A stretch of 60,935 nt of DNA, the filler included, from Basidiobolus meristosporus CBS 931.73 (Eukaryota; Fungi; Basidiobolomycota), in NCBI GenBank assembly GCA_002104905.1. It is 3 parts of 3 records of this genome, joined end to end, with 100 filler letters (N's around TTAATTAATTAA, not from the genome) between each part and the next. Parts side by side here need not be neighbours in the genome. Positions count along the whole stretch, not along the records: positions 1 to 29,069 come from MCFE01000874.1; 2 more parts are not named here. One strand, 5' to 3'. Positions 1 to 13,300 of this stretch are shown here, piece after piece. Below the pieces are notes generated by a model. The model did not search any database. It was not told the DNA's origin and saw only the letters and a program-made list of their open reading frames with translations. Numbering within the stretch: the first letter of the stretch is position 1; each line of letters begins with the position of its first letter. The position numbers were made by a program, and so were the translations under genes.

Positions 1-99
1 CATTCCTATGCTGATGACTAGGTTGCACATGAGGCATTTCAAGCCAAATGAACCCTTAGAGATACAGGAAAAATTTGAATGAATTGACAAGATTTAACA

Positions 100-900
100 A
101 AGTATATGGCTACCCCTAAGTACTTCTCACAGGCTCCAATCAACATTCATAAGCATATGCAATAATCCAAGTGCAAGGACTAGATGAACTAGATTTGTAT
201 TTATTCTAGTGGGCTTCTAAAGCCATCTCTATCAAGAGTACATTGGGAGCATTGGGACTCATATATGGACATTGTAGGAATGTTTATCCAGAAGCAGATC
301 ACCAATGGCAACTTGATGCATCCACAGCTTACTGCGGAGAATTTGTGATGGGATTTGAGTGGCTACACTATAAAAATAAAGCTGCATGAATAGATCTCTG
401 CCACTACTGTACCCATTTGCTAGTCCATCTTTCCTGGTGTTCTGAGAATACCAGACCTGGCTTCACCATTTGGGAGTTTTCTATGAAGCAGATGTACCGG
501 GAGATAGGAAGACAAGTCAAATTGCAGATACTAGCATATATCATTCTCATCAAGAATATTACCTTTAACTCCATCATGGATGTGATAAGTTGGCACATGG
601 AAACAGCCAGGAAAAGTCAGAAAATACTGAGGACAGATGTGCACATGAAGATACCTATGCCTATGGAATTACAAAGCTAAGCAGCCCCAATGAGTTGGTA
701 ATCAGTCAAATAATGCAAAGTTGGGTTGAATGCAACAAGCAGCTAGTTTTTATTAGGGGAAATCTGCCAAATATGCCAGGTTTCTCTTGGTCACAAGCCC
801 ATTTCTACACTCTTAGATACAGAATTTACACAAACAAAAGCCAGAGCGCAACTATAAGGGGGATTGGTTCCAGCATAGAGAAGGAACCTACTGGCTAGAT
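100..900 (+). mobile_element. Degenerate CACTA/EnSpm (CMC) transposase fragment
   Basis: DNA at ~130-300 aligns by eye with the reverse complement of ~18700-18830. ORF 417-680 LVHLSWCSENTRPGFTIWEFSMKQMYREIGR matches the Tnp2/DUF4218-type HxLxH...GP...W.F.MER motif. Many stops. Confidence 0.7.
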
Positions 901-1379
901 ACCAAAATGTTCTTTGCAGATATTAAGGTAGTATTCATGGCAGAAGAGGTGGTAATTAAGAATTTGCTTGCAAGATGTATTTGTTACAAGCTATACAAGG
1001 TATATCACAGCTTTGCAAGAATCACATTAAAAGCTGTAGATTTGAGGTGTTAAAAGTATATCAATTATGGCAGGTGTTTGCATTTGTAGAGGTTAGTAGT
1101 AGGAGGCCATATTCTTTTTGATTCAAACTATATGTGGAATACTCAAGGTAGTAGTGGGTAAGCAAATAAAGAGGGGTGATTCTACAGTGTAATATATGAG
1201 TTGCCCAAGGGGAGGTAGAAAAAGGAAATACCTCTTGGTAAACTGGTACAGTTGCACTATACAGAAGTAGCACTAGGTTGCATACTGCTGTAATAGTACC
1301 ATCAAAGGCTTGCAATGAAGCTGTCAAAACACCATTAATTTTTTGTCATCTAAGGCAATTAGATGTGCTGGCAAGTTAC

Positions 1380-1860
1380 ATCCAATCAGATTGTTATGGG
1401 GTGCGCTAAGACTGCAACAATGCCATGCCAATGTTGGTAAAACACTTTACAAACACCTTTATATTTGTTAATATTATTTGGCTGTAAAATTAGCCAAATA
1501 CCATTGCGCTCCCATCATACAAATGTGTAGATGGTCATTACTTACAAGCAGCCAGTATGATAGTGGTCTCCTTGAAGAATCTTGATAGCTGATCAAGATT
1601 GGATCCGCCAGCAAGACCAAATTATCTGCCACAAGGCTTTTGTTTCAAACTTTAAGCACTTTTTGTCAGGTGTGTGATTAGATCATCAATGCCAATGATA
1701 CTGAAGGGTTGGAGGTCTGGTTCTTTTCCTGGGTATGCTTCAAAGGCTGTAGAGTCATGTAGTGCTGCTATTGGGCATCTATTGTTGACATATGTCACAG
1801 TACAATTGATTCAGCTCACAACTTGTGGTCTGATTCTTTTACAGAGGTATAAATACTGAT
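1380..1860 (-). mobile_element. Possible non-LTR (LINE) reverse transcriptase remnant
   Basis: Minus-strand FSIIGIDDLITHL followed, after a frameshift, by SLVADNLVLLAD. These resemble the LINE RT F.I.IDDL and LYADD.VLL motifs. Heavily decayed. Confidence 0.4.
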
Positions 1861-1863
1861 CCT

Positions 1864-4800
1864 TGTTATGAATAAACAACAATTTGACTATGATCACTAT
1901 ATTTTGATAAGTTCCTTATATTCAAATTGCTTCTGAAATTGCAACAGGTTATGAGCCCCCATTGCCTTAACCTATTCTAAAGATGACATCTACCAGCAAA
2001 CAGAACAATACAAACATCTTCCCTGTAAAGAAGAGGTTTGATGGGAGGTACTACAAGCTCTGGAGAATTAACATGCAGATCCTCCCTGAGGAAAGAAAGC
2101 TTTGGAATATAGTAACAGCAAAAGAGGTTGAGCCCAAAGGAACAGCAGAAGAAGTGGAGAAGCTCCAAGAGAAGGAGAGAAATGCCTTTAATGCTATATT
2201 TATCAATGTGCCAAATTCCTTCATTGGACAAATCCATGCTTTAAATACTTCCAAAGCAACATGGGAATTCTTAGAGAAGATCCTTAGAGCAAAGTCAATA
2301 TCAAGCAAGCTTTCTTTGAAACAAAAGCTCCTCAATAAGAGGAAGAAGCCAGATGATGACATTCACAGCACATTGCCAGAATGGAGACCCTTGCAGAAGA
2401 ACTTTATGGCTTCAATGCTGGTGTAGATGATGCAGAAAGGATATTCTGTCTGCTTTGCAGCCCATTAGATAAGTATGAGCACTCATACCTTCTTTTGAAA
2501 GCAGAGAAGATAATTTGACTTCACACAATGTCAGAGGAAGACTTCTCCAGGAATAACTCAAATGCAATGATCAAGCAGAGAAAGTTGCAGACAATGCTTT
2601 ATTCAGCCTAGAAAGACATACAGAATAGAAGGGAAAGCAACAAAACCAAAGAAATCCTGATTGCTGTAACCACTGTAAGAAGCCAGGACACTGGGTAAGA
2701 GAATGCAAGAAGACACAAATAGACAAAAAAAGGAATCTCAAGCAGGCAAACCATATAACTACTGATGAACAGTTGTTTGCAACTGTACAAGAGAGTGCAA
2801 ATGATCAAAGTATTAAAGATATTTTTACTCTGGAGCATCACAGCATATTTTCAGTATCAAGGAGTGGTTCAGCAACATAAAGACTATTCCCCAGTGAAAG
2901 GTTTGTCCGGGAGGAAATTCTGAACTGGAAGTTGCCACCAGTGGGTCTATACTACTAAATATGAGTTATATCTCTAGGGCTACAGCAGCAAAACTGACTG
3001 AAGTTCTCTACTAACCTGGAATTGCCAAGAACCTACACTCAATCAGTGAAGCTACAGCTCATGGACTAAAGCTTCTTTTTACCAAGCTGAACTGCTCAAA
3101 ATTGAGTGAAAATGGACAAAAATCAGCTTTAGGAATCAGAGATCTTAATATATACAAATTACAATGCAAGGTCATTTTACCTGAGTATGCCAACATTGCT
3201 GAAACTTATGTGACTAACTGGAAGACATGGCAATGGAGCCTAGAACATATTGGGAACAGATAATGAGCCAATTGGTAAAAAATGAGCTAACTTTAGGCCT
3301 AAATTACTCAAATTCCACCATATTGAGTGTCTGTATGGAATGATCTTATGGCAAACAAGCTAGGCAACACTTCAGCTGCTCAGGTGGCATCAACACCACC
3401 AGTATTCTGGCTATTGTTTGCTCAGACATATGTGGGCCCATGAGAACACTGTCCTTTGGAGCCAGGAGATACTTTATGACATTTATTTATGACAAGACAA
3501 GATATACATAGGTTTACTGCCTCAAAACAAAGGATGAGGCTTTAGAGATGTTTAAACACTTCAAGAACATGGTGAAAACACAAACTGGTTGTAAATTGAA
3601 GATATTCTTAAGTGACAATGGAGGGGAATACTGTTCAAAGGAGTTTTTCAAATGGTGCTCATCTACAGGTGTACTTCAACATGCCATTGTTCCGCATTTT
3701 CCACAGCAAAATGGAGTAGCAGAACATGAAAATAGAGCAATAGTAGAGATGAGAAGATCTATGCTACATGATAAGAGAATGGAATACAAGTTTTGGGCTG
3801 AATCTATTGCTACCGCAGTATGCATCAAGAATGGACGCCCAACAACAGAACTAAGTAGTTCTACACCCTTTGAGACATATACAGGCAAAAACCTGACTTT
3901 CAGCTCCTTAGGATCTTTGGCATTGGTGTCTTTTATCACATCCCTTACAAAAAACACTTCAAGCTGGAACCAAAGAATAGAAAAGGGATCATTCTTGGGT
4001 ATTGGGTTGTTACTAAAGGGTATGAAGTGTATAATCAAAGAATTTGAAAGCTGATCAAGAGCAGGGATTGTGTATTTAAGGAGAATTCAGATTAGAAAGT
4101 TACATAAATCATTGGTTAGCTGCCTGATGATGCAATCATCACTTATGAAGAACGTACCTAATTCAGCCAGAAACAAAAGATGACTCTACAGTTTCCAGAT
4201 CAGAGCAGATTATCCTAGTTAGGAGATCTACCAGAATAAGAAATGCCCCTGGATCCAGGTGGCAGACATCCAATGATCATGAAGAAGCTCATCTTGCCTT
4301 ATGTGCTAATTCTGAGAATCTGGAACTGGCAATGCAAAGTCCAGATGCTGATGTGGAAGCTGGTAGATCTACTAAACTGAACAAGGCCAATAGGATTTAG
4401 ATGGGTCTGCAAGATTATGATAACCTCAAGTGGTATTGTTGATCTGCACAAGGCTAGTTTGGTGACTAAGAACTATTCCTAGATCCAGGGACTACACTAT
4501 AAGGAAATATTTGCTCCAGTTGTCAAGCTTAACTCCATTAGGACAGTTCTAGCCTAAGCATCTGTACACAATTTAGATCTACACCAAATGGACGTCAAAA
4601 CAGCATCTCTAAATGGGGATTTGCAAGAAACTATATATGCAGGGCAACTAGAAGGTTTTACCAATCTAAAAGGCCCCTGTAAGGTGTGCAGGCTCAAGAA
4701 ATTATTCTATGGCTTAAGCAGGATCTTAGAGCATGGTATAACAAGATTTACACATATCTAGAGGAGATTAGATTCATTTGTAGGACTGCAGATCACTGTA

Positions 4801-5930
4801 TACATGAATACAGCTCAAAAGGGGTGTGAACATCCTGGTTCTTTATGTGAATTACCCAATAATAGCTACAAGTGACCAGGAGGCACTCAAACAGACAAAA
4901 TCAGATCTCATTGGCAAGTTTGAGATGAAAGATCTTGGAACACTGAGCTTTTTTCTTGGAATCAAAGTGAATCTTTACATACCAATTCAGAAAATTATGC
5001 TCAATTAATCTAAGTACATCAGGGATATTATAGATGCTTCAAAATGGAAAATTCCAGGTCTGCAGCTACCCTTATGGACAATAAACTATAATTGAGCAAA
5101 TCTCAGACAGTTTTAGGCACAAACAGCTCAAATATTGCCCAAAACTTTCCCTTTCAATCAATGGTTGGTAGCCTGATGTACTTGATGGTATCTACACATT
5201 CTGATATTACAGTGGCAGGTGAAGTAGATAGTCAATTCATGCAGACATATGTACCAGTTTGAATTGCAGCAGTTGAGTGGGTTTTCAAATATCTTCAAGG
5301 TACTATAAATATGGTTCTGGTATACTCAGGAGCAGCTTGAAGGCAAAAATATCATGGTACAGTGGTTCAGATTGGGGGAGAGATCTGCTTGACAGACGCT
5401 TGACCACTGGGTATGTATTTCTTTATGCTGGTGCAGCTATTACTTGGAATTACAAGAAACAACCAAATGTAGCCCTATTTACAACTGAAGCTGAATAAAT
5501 GACTCCTTTACAAGAAACTAAGGAGGCTAAATGGCCATAGATATTATTCAAAGACTTAGGCTTCAATTCATATGAACTATCCTGTACTTACAAAGATAAT
5601 CAGAGTTGTATTTCATTAGATAGGAATCTTACTAATCATGCCACAACTAAGCACCTACATCAGCAACACCACTTTGAGAGGAAAGCTGTAGATAATAGCT
5701 TTGCAGAGTTAGTTCACTGTCCAACTGCTAAATGGCAGCAGATACACAGACAAAACCACCAGCTAGATCACAATTTGAGAATCTCAGAGAGGAATTAGAA
5801 TAAAGAAATTATTCAGTTGTGGGTGTGTATTAAAATATTGGACTATTTGGTTTCATTCAGCAGCTTGAAACTTACTTAAGAATTCTAGACAAGTCTTGGT
5901 CACTGTAGGACTTATTTGATGGTAATGGAA
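1864..5930 (+). mobile_element. Degenerate Ty1/copia LTR retrotransposon (family B)
   Basis: CAACA+GGTTATGAGCCC PBS at 1947-1958. Gag YKLWRINMQIL...LWNIV (1983-2426). Protease remnant FYSGASQH (~2826). Integrase SDNGGEY and PQQNGVAE (3548-4054). RT (~4400-5100). RNase H SDWGRDLLDRRLTTGYVF (5277-5498). Purine-rich tract ~5815-5827. Confidence 0.9.
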
Positions 5931-5934
5931 GCAA

Positions 5935-8480
5935 TTAGATCTTACTTTAAGTATCAATTCTGTCTAATAAGGATCTGCGGATTCCTCTGCTTACTAATAC
6001 ACTTGCTCTGATAGATAATACTGATATACTGATAGGCTGACATGAAACTAATTGATTTGACTGAAAATATAATGACCTTGGGAAGGTCACAAGAGAATTT
6101 GTTCAGAGTTGTGCAATTTTTCAAGTCCACTTCCACAAGTATTTGTTCAGATTCTCTGGGAGATATAGGTTCTGGTCTAATTGACCATTTTAGGTCACTA
6201 TCTAGGTGCCAACACAAGCTTTGTAACAAGAGAATGCCATATTATGGATGACCAGAAGCTAAAAATGCTCCAAAGTAGCCCTCTGCCAAATTCTTGGAGA
6301 TTTACCATGACTCCGCAATGTCAGGCTTGGATGGAAAGTCAATCTAAGAACTGAATTACATAACCCACCAAATGTAAGTAATAAAATGCAGATGTTGTGT
6401 TCAATGTGGTTCCAGCAGCTTCTTGTAGATATTTTGCCAGAGCAATTGGTGACTAGTTGTATTTCCTAATGTAGGTTGAAGCTGGTATGGCATTTAATTG
6501 TATCATCATCATGTATTAGATCTTACTAAATATACTTTCTTTTGTCTAATAAGTATCAGATGATTTAATTGATGTCAAACACTACTGATTGAATAGATAA
6601 TACTTATACACCAATTTTGTGTGCATTAAACTAATTGCTTTGACAAAAAACTGATCAAACTTTAACATTTAAGCAGCAGATCACAACATTAGTTCCATTA
6701 ATGTTGATTGCCTGTCTGAGGTATTTATTTGTCAAACAAGCTAGGTAATGACACAAATGTATAGAGGGCATCAATACTCCCAACATATTGATTATATTGC
6801 ACTTAGACATGTGCAGGCCAAGGGACACACTGAGTTCAGTACAAACAATTGCCTAGAGCTATCTTAGAAGTAATCAATTCGGTATCTATAGGTAGAAGAT
6901 CCAAATAGTAAACTTGACTATACTGCAATCATTGCATCAATAGCTTTGAAGAGCTTGAACTTTGCTAACCTATCATACAGCCAGTGGTCTCTTACCAACT
7001 TGAAGACCTTCCTAATGTGCAGTATCATCTGTCTTCTATTTAGTTTAATACCATCTAGGTTGACTACCACAAACCTGCCAAAGTATTCTTGTATTATGGT
7101 CTGCATCAAGGACTCATATGAGACAGGGCATTAGTAAAGCCAAACTTGATGAATTATTACTTGCACTGCAAACACCCGGCTCTGAATGCTGCTGTGGGAT
7201 ATCTTCCTACTTGACACTAATCAGGCTGTAATCTCAATGTGTTCAATCTTGCTGAATAAGGGTGGTTCCATTGAGTTAGTCCAAAGCTCATCCATCCAAG
7301 GTATGAATTACTTACTCCTCACAGTAACTAAGTTATGAGCTCTGTAGTCAACACATATCTAAAGTGTTCTATTGCTTTTGTTCATAAACAATACCAGTGC
7401 TACCATGGTTACCTACTGGATCTAATGTATCCTTGCTTCAATACCTGATCAAGTTATCTCTTCTTGCTTCAATTACATTGTTCAATTGACCCTCTGAAGA
7501 AATCTCTACCTAGAGTATATTCAAAGCATTGGCAGCTATATGTTGAAATTTTAGGACTATACTTCAGGGGTAGACCTTTTTTCCTACCTTTTGTTTGATC
7601 ACTACCAGGCCTCTCAATGCTAATTAGCCTGAGTGCCACTTTTTTTGAACTGCATTTTCTCCTCAATATATGTTATTAGTACATTTACCTTTGCCTGATT
7701 GTTGCTCAGTGGCACTCTCCCATCAAACTAGCACATCTAAACTGCTTAATTAGAGTTTTTAGCCCTGATTGTATCAGGCTCTAGAGGAAGCTAATATTTT
7801 TGAGCCATGTCACCCTTGTCCTCCTGCCTGTGATAGAGTTGGCCATACTTGAGATTCTTTCTTAGCATACTCTGCTTGCTTGTTATTCAATTGCTTGTTT
7901 GAATTCAGCATAATACTCTTGAGACAGGTTAAGCACATTCTGCTTGGCTCTGTATTCATGATGGTTGCTTCATATGCAAGCCAAAAGGTGAAGGCATATT
8001 AGGCTTCTTACAGCTTCTTAAATATTATCATATTTTCATCATTGCACTTGAGAACTTATTAGATCATCAGTGTCCTTGGATTCTTGATCCTTGGTATAAA
8101 TGCCATAGTCAGTCCCTCCCAAGCTGTAAAATATATTTCTGTGGGTTCTATCATTTGGCACTGTTTTTTTGCTTCAATGGCTTGACAATGTTTCCCTCCT
8201 GTTACATCAGGAAATGGTTCAATTCTTGGTGGTGACACAAAGCTGTTTGAGTTACAGCTTTGCAGCACAGATACTTCACTCTTTACCTAGTATAAATATT
8301 GCCCAACATGTATTATCTGCTGAACCTGACTCTGGACAGCTTCCTGATGACTCTGTGCCATTGCATCTATTTTTTTAGCCACTGCATCAAGTTGCCTTTT
8401 TAAAGCCTTAGTATAAGTTGATGGCATACTTATCACTATTGGGGTGATGATGTCATGATGGCCATGTACTGTCAAGAATT
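5935..8480 (-). mobile_element. Degenerate Ty3/gypsy element
   Basis: LTR-like sequence at ~5955-6040 is the reverse complement of the gypsy LTR at ~15300-15390. RT remnants QEYFGRFVVVNLDG (6918-7109) and FGFTNA (~7130). Possible chromodomain remnant at ~6080-6230. Confidence 0.7.
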
Positions 8481-8488
8481 GGTACTCT

Positions 8489-9766
8489 TTGCCCCTACTC
8501 ATGACTCTGTTGGTTCAACTATCTGCTGCCAAAGTGTTTACTGAAGCAGACCTCAGAGGAGTATACAACCCTGTCAGAATCAAGCCTTGCAATGAATCAC
8601 AAAGATGTTTTGTAACCAGATATGGCTATTGTGAGTATAAACTTATGCCATTAGGTCTCACCAATGCCCCAGCTGTCTCCCCCCACCTAGTGAATGATTT
8701 ATTCCACAAATACCTTGACCCATATATGGCTATCTACCTTGATAACTTCTTGATATGCTTTGAGACTCAAAAAGTACACAATCCTCATGTGAGGACAGTC
8801 TTGACTAAGCTGGACACTTATGACCTCTATGCCATATTGGAGTGATGCAAGTCCAACCAAAAATAACTTTTACCATAGACCTATTGCTAACTACTCTAAG
8901 TTAATCACTCCCTTGACAGAGCTCACCCAGAAGAGCCTACTCTTTGCCTGGAATGATGAACAGTCTGAGTCATTCAATTCTATCATAATATTTATCCTAT
9001 GTGCCCTCTTGTTTGCTCACTGCAACCTTGATAAATCTATCTGCATAGAAACTGATGACTCTGACTTTGCCTTATGTGTTCTTCTTTCCCAGTATGTTGA
9101 CCAGAATGTATCACACATTGTTGACTTTGATCAATTGAGACACTACCTTGATGGTGCAGACTAGAAGTTAGAGATCTTTTGTGACCAGAAGAGCCTTCAG
9201 TATTTTACAACCTCAATGGTACTAAACTGGCAACAAGCCAGATGGCCAGCTCAGCTTTGACTTTGTTGCCACTCATAGACTATGTGTAAACAAGGAAAAC
9301 CAAATACTTTGTCCAGAAAGATAGCGTACTCCCTTGAAGAAGGGGATGATGTGTGTTGACAGATGAGAACCCATGTACTCAACAAAAGCACCTTGGGCTC
9401 CTTGCAACCCAGTCCTCCATTGTCATTGCCCCCTTGCCTCTTGAGAATGTCAAAACCTGTCAAGCTACCAAATTCACAGCCTTAACAATTAATAAATATC
9501 TCAAGTCTTTGGCTGATCCACTACCCAAGTACCCATACCTCCAGAGCCTACATCTAATCAATGATATCATCTACCACAAGAACCAACTATTTGCCCCAGA
9601 CGTTGCTATCCAAATGGATATCATCCATTCTTGCCATGATTCAATGGCTGCAGGACACTTAGGTACTGCCAAAACCATAAATGCAATCACCAGAGACTTC
9701 TGGTGGTCCAAGATGACTCCCCTACTCCAGATATCAGGTTCAAGGACAGCTACTTTCATCATATAG
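8489..9766 (+). mobile_element. Degenerate Ty3/gypsy pol fragment, same family as 26486-29070
   Basis: RT FVTRYGYCEYKLMPLGLTNAP...IYLDNFLI. RNase H IETDDSDFAL. Integrase Zn-finger SCHDSMAAGHLGTAKT...TRDFWW, near-identical in motif to the 27454-28974 ORF. Confidence 0.9.
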
Positions 9767-9779
9767 ACTCTATATGAGG

Positions 9780-10380
9780 TAAAAAGTATCAAACTACCTT
9801 GAGCCCAGTTGAAGCTTTATCATTTATAGAAGATCTGGAGGGTCCTTATTGTCAAGCAACAGTATAATTTTTGTAAAAAATTCACTCTATGTCCACATTG
9901 GGCTCAGGCACTGACACCTCCATCATGTAGTCTTCACATTTTATAAGAATTGGGGACCTGCTTTGCGGCAAGTTAGGTTTTGTTATTACATCTGGTCTAG
10001 AGTTCCTCCATTTTGTGGCATTGTAATATATAAAATATGGTCAAAAAAGCTTTTACTCAGCTTTGAGCAAGGATAGCCTACTTGCACCTGAGCCATATTT
10101 GCTTAGTAGTACAATCCTCCAAAGTAATCTAGAGCAGGCATCCATATCTTCCTTAAGCTAGACTAATTTGTTCTGAACTGAGTACCTGTTTAGCAGTAAA
10201 TTCAAAGTCCATTTGCTTCCTAATTTACCCAGTTTGGTATTTGACAATACCATAAGCTGTTTGGTGGCAATTCTAGCAGTACTTCTACTGATTTGGACTA
10301 ATACAGAAACTTTGCCTTATCCTAATATATTTGCAGAATAGAGATTCACTGTATTCTGTAAGTGAAATTTGCCATACAAG
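9780..10380 (-). mobile_element. Distal part of a CACTA-associated repeat, continued at 16808
   Basis: Aligns by eye with 39100-39560. The sequence left of 10381 and right of 16807 joins into one tract that is contiguous at 39520-39610. Confidence 0.65.
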
Positions 10381-13300
10381 TCTTGTGATAGTCTTGAAGT
10401 TCCGGAAAGAAACCTGGAGAACAATTAGAAAATGTAGTTTTATATAATGATATATTGAATGTGAAAGTAAAGATCATGCTTGTATACAAACATGGCATAA
10501 CAGATATGCAGAAAGTCTCTCAGAAGTCCTAAAAGCATGTATGGAGTTTGGGGCCATTTGGACAACTTTGAGAATTTCATGATTTAGGCATGTGATGTTT
10601 TGGTGAAAATATTCTGTGTAAATCCCAACATGGTATTAGATCAGTATTTGCTATGATTTGTAGGTAATAGTCTTAGTGACTAAGTTAGGTGATTACTTAG
10701 GTGTAACTACAAGCCTTTATAACACTCCCACCCAGCTAAATGCTTGTACTAACTAAACTTGATTTGTGCTAATATATTCAAGTTTGTCTCTAGCTAATGG
10801 TTTGGTCAATATGTCTGCAATCATTGCATGTGTAGGACAGTAAGCTATACTAGCTAAGATATTATCTGCCACTTTACCAGGGAAATGATGTCTAATACCA
10901 ATGTGCTTGTCTTTAGCAAGTAAAGTGTGATTGCTACCTAATATGTGCATCCATAATAATCTTGAGATAAGGTAGTAAGCACTTCTTGAACTAAGCCTAA
11001 TTCTTTAAAAAGCTTTCCTAGCCACACTACTTATTTGGTAGCTTTACAAGATGCCATATACTCTGTCTCTGTGGTGGAGGTGCTACAGTTGGTGTCTTTC
11101 TTGAATTCCATGAAATTGCTGCTTTACTGTAGAGAAAGGTGTAACTGGTGGTGGATCTTCTTTTCTATGAGTTTTATACCCAATCAGCATCAGAATATCC
11201 CAAAAAATCTTGTTTTAGGTCTCTATAGGCATTTCTTAAGTTACTGTAAGCAGCTCACATTAGGTATCTAAAAATCTGCTTCAAGTCTGCAATATGTTCA
11301 GATCCAAAGCTCTGATTATGCAGGCCATCAGCTTTCACTGAATACAAGCTATCTGGGTGTATTCTAAGCATGATATACATAAGACTGTCAAACATATACT
11401 AGTATATAATTATTTTTGGCATGGCTGCCAGTTTGTAGTCATCCATTTGTTACTTCTTTGGTACATCTTGAACTCCTTAGACTGGCTGGAAAAAGTATCT
11501 TTCAATTTTTCTTGTTTATTGGCACCTCTTATAAGATTATCCACATATAGTGCTAATGGAGCTGAACCTGCTCTATCTAGCTTATAGTTATACTATGGTT
11601 AGCAGTACTTTCCTGAAAACTTAAAGATTCCAAATAGGAATTTATCTTGCAATCCCTGGCTCTTGGTGATTGTTTCAGACCAAATAGATATTCATTATGC
11701 TTGCAGATCCAATGGAATTTTCTTAGCCAACAAAACCATCAGGCTTATTGATGTATACAGTCCCATCAAGTTCCCCATTCAAAAATGAAGTTTCCAATCA
11801 GTTTTATGCAATAAAACTACTCTTTGGCCGCAATAGCCAATGTCAGTCTGATGATATTAAGCTTGGTTCATGGTACAAGGATTGCAATATAGTCAATTTC
11901 TTTAGTTCAAGAGTATCCTTTGACCACAAGTCTTTATTTGTATCTTTTAGCCTTACCATAAGATTTGTATATTGCTCTGAAAACCATCAACATCCAATTG
12001 ATTTTTAGTTGATTGGTGATTTGACTAAGTTCTAAGTTTGACTTTCAAATTGGAGCCTGAGACTCCTTAGGCATTGCAAATCTCCAAAAATTTGACTGAG
12101 GGATTTTCAGGGCCTCTTTTATAGTCAGGAACTGCTCAATATGGATTTGATAGGCTTAGACTAAGTTTGTATCCCACCCAAATAACAGTCTTGGCTATTC
12201 CTGGTATGGTTAGATTACAAAACCCTGTCAAGGGCAACTTTAGTGTGAAGGTCAACCAGTACCATGGTAGAGTTGATGAAAACCTGGGAACTTGGCTCTG
12301 CCTGATTGAAGAAGCTTTCAAGGCAGAGGGAATTGCTCCCAAAAGCAAGTTATAATATGCAGCCTCTTACCTGGCAGATACAGCTTCACAGGGATTCCAC
12401 AACAAGATCAGGTCAGCCACCATGATGGGACACTCTACAAGCTCTACTTGGGATGAGTATGTGTTGGAAATTCAAAATGCTCTTGATCCCACACGCCAGC
12501 AGACACTACTAAGAAGAAAGTTGAATACTTTATTGCTGGGTTGAAAGAAGGAACTTGTAAGGAAGTGAATTATTGAAGACCTCAGACTATTGAAAAAGCC
12601 TTCAAGATTGCCATTGACTATGACTCTGCTATGTTTGGAGTTGGAAAGCCCACAATGACTAATTGGAGAGGCTACAACCACTATGAAAGCAGAAAATCAG
12701 AAGCAGTGCCAATGGAAGCAGATGCTGTGCAGAAGAATCCCATCTCAGAAGAATGCAAGAAGAAAGGACTTTGCTTTAATTACCACCATCAAGGCCATAT
12801 TGCAAAGTACTGCCCTCAGAGAAGATATGGACACCAGCCATCAAGAACCTTCAACCATATTGAAGCCATTGAGCATAGTAACATGGAGGATGAGCTTGAA
12901 GAAGACTCAGAACTGACCTTCCATATGACAGACAAGTACCTATCCCAGATGACCTCAGGCTCAGGAAAGCTATTATACTTGAATGGAGTAATCAATGAAG
13001 TACCTGCCAAGATCATGATTGACTCATGAGCATCACATGAGTAAATGTCAGAGCAATCTGCTCTGAAAGCTGGAATCAACTTGGAACCACCAACTCAACT
13101 TCAGTCTCAGCAGCTGATGGGAACTCTCACATAATCAACCCTATTACTCAGCCAGTAAGAATGAAGATCAATGACTATGAAGAAGACCTACAGGCCTATA
13201 TATTTGGAAACTGCAAGCTTGACCCTGAACTTGGAAAAACCTGGCTATTTTGTTGTAATCCATCAATCAACTGGAGAACCTGTACTACTCAGATCCAGAA

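Noticed and set aside
7-18. YADD motif suggesting a LINE reverse transcriptase
   Set aside because: The adjacent DNA aligns with the CACTA transposase copy at ~18700-18830 and no other RT motif follows; likely chance.
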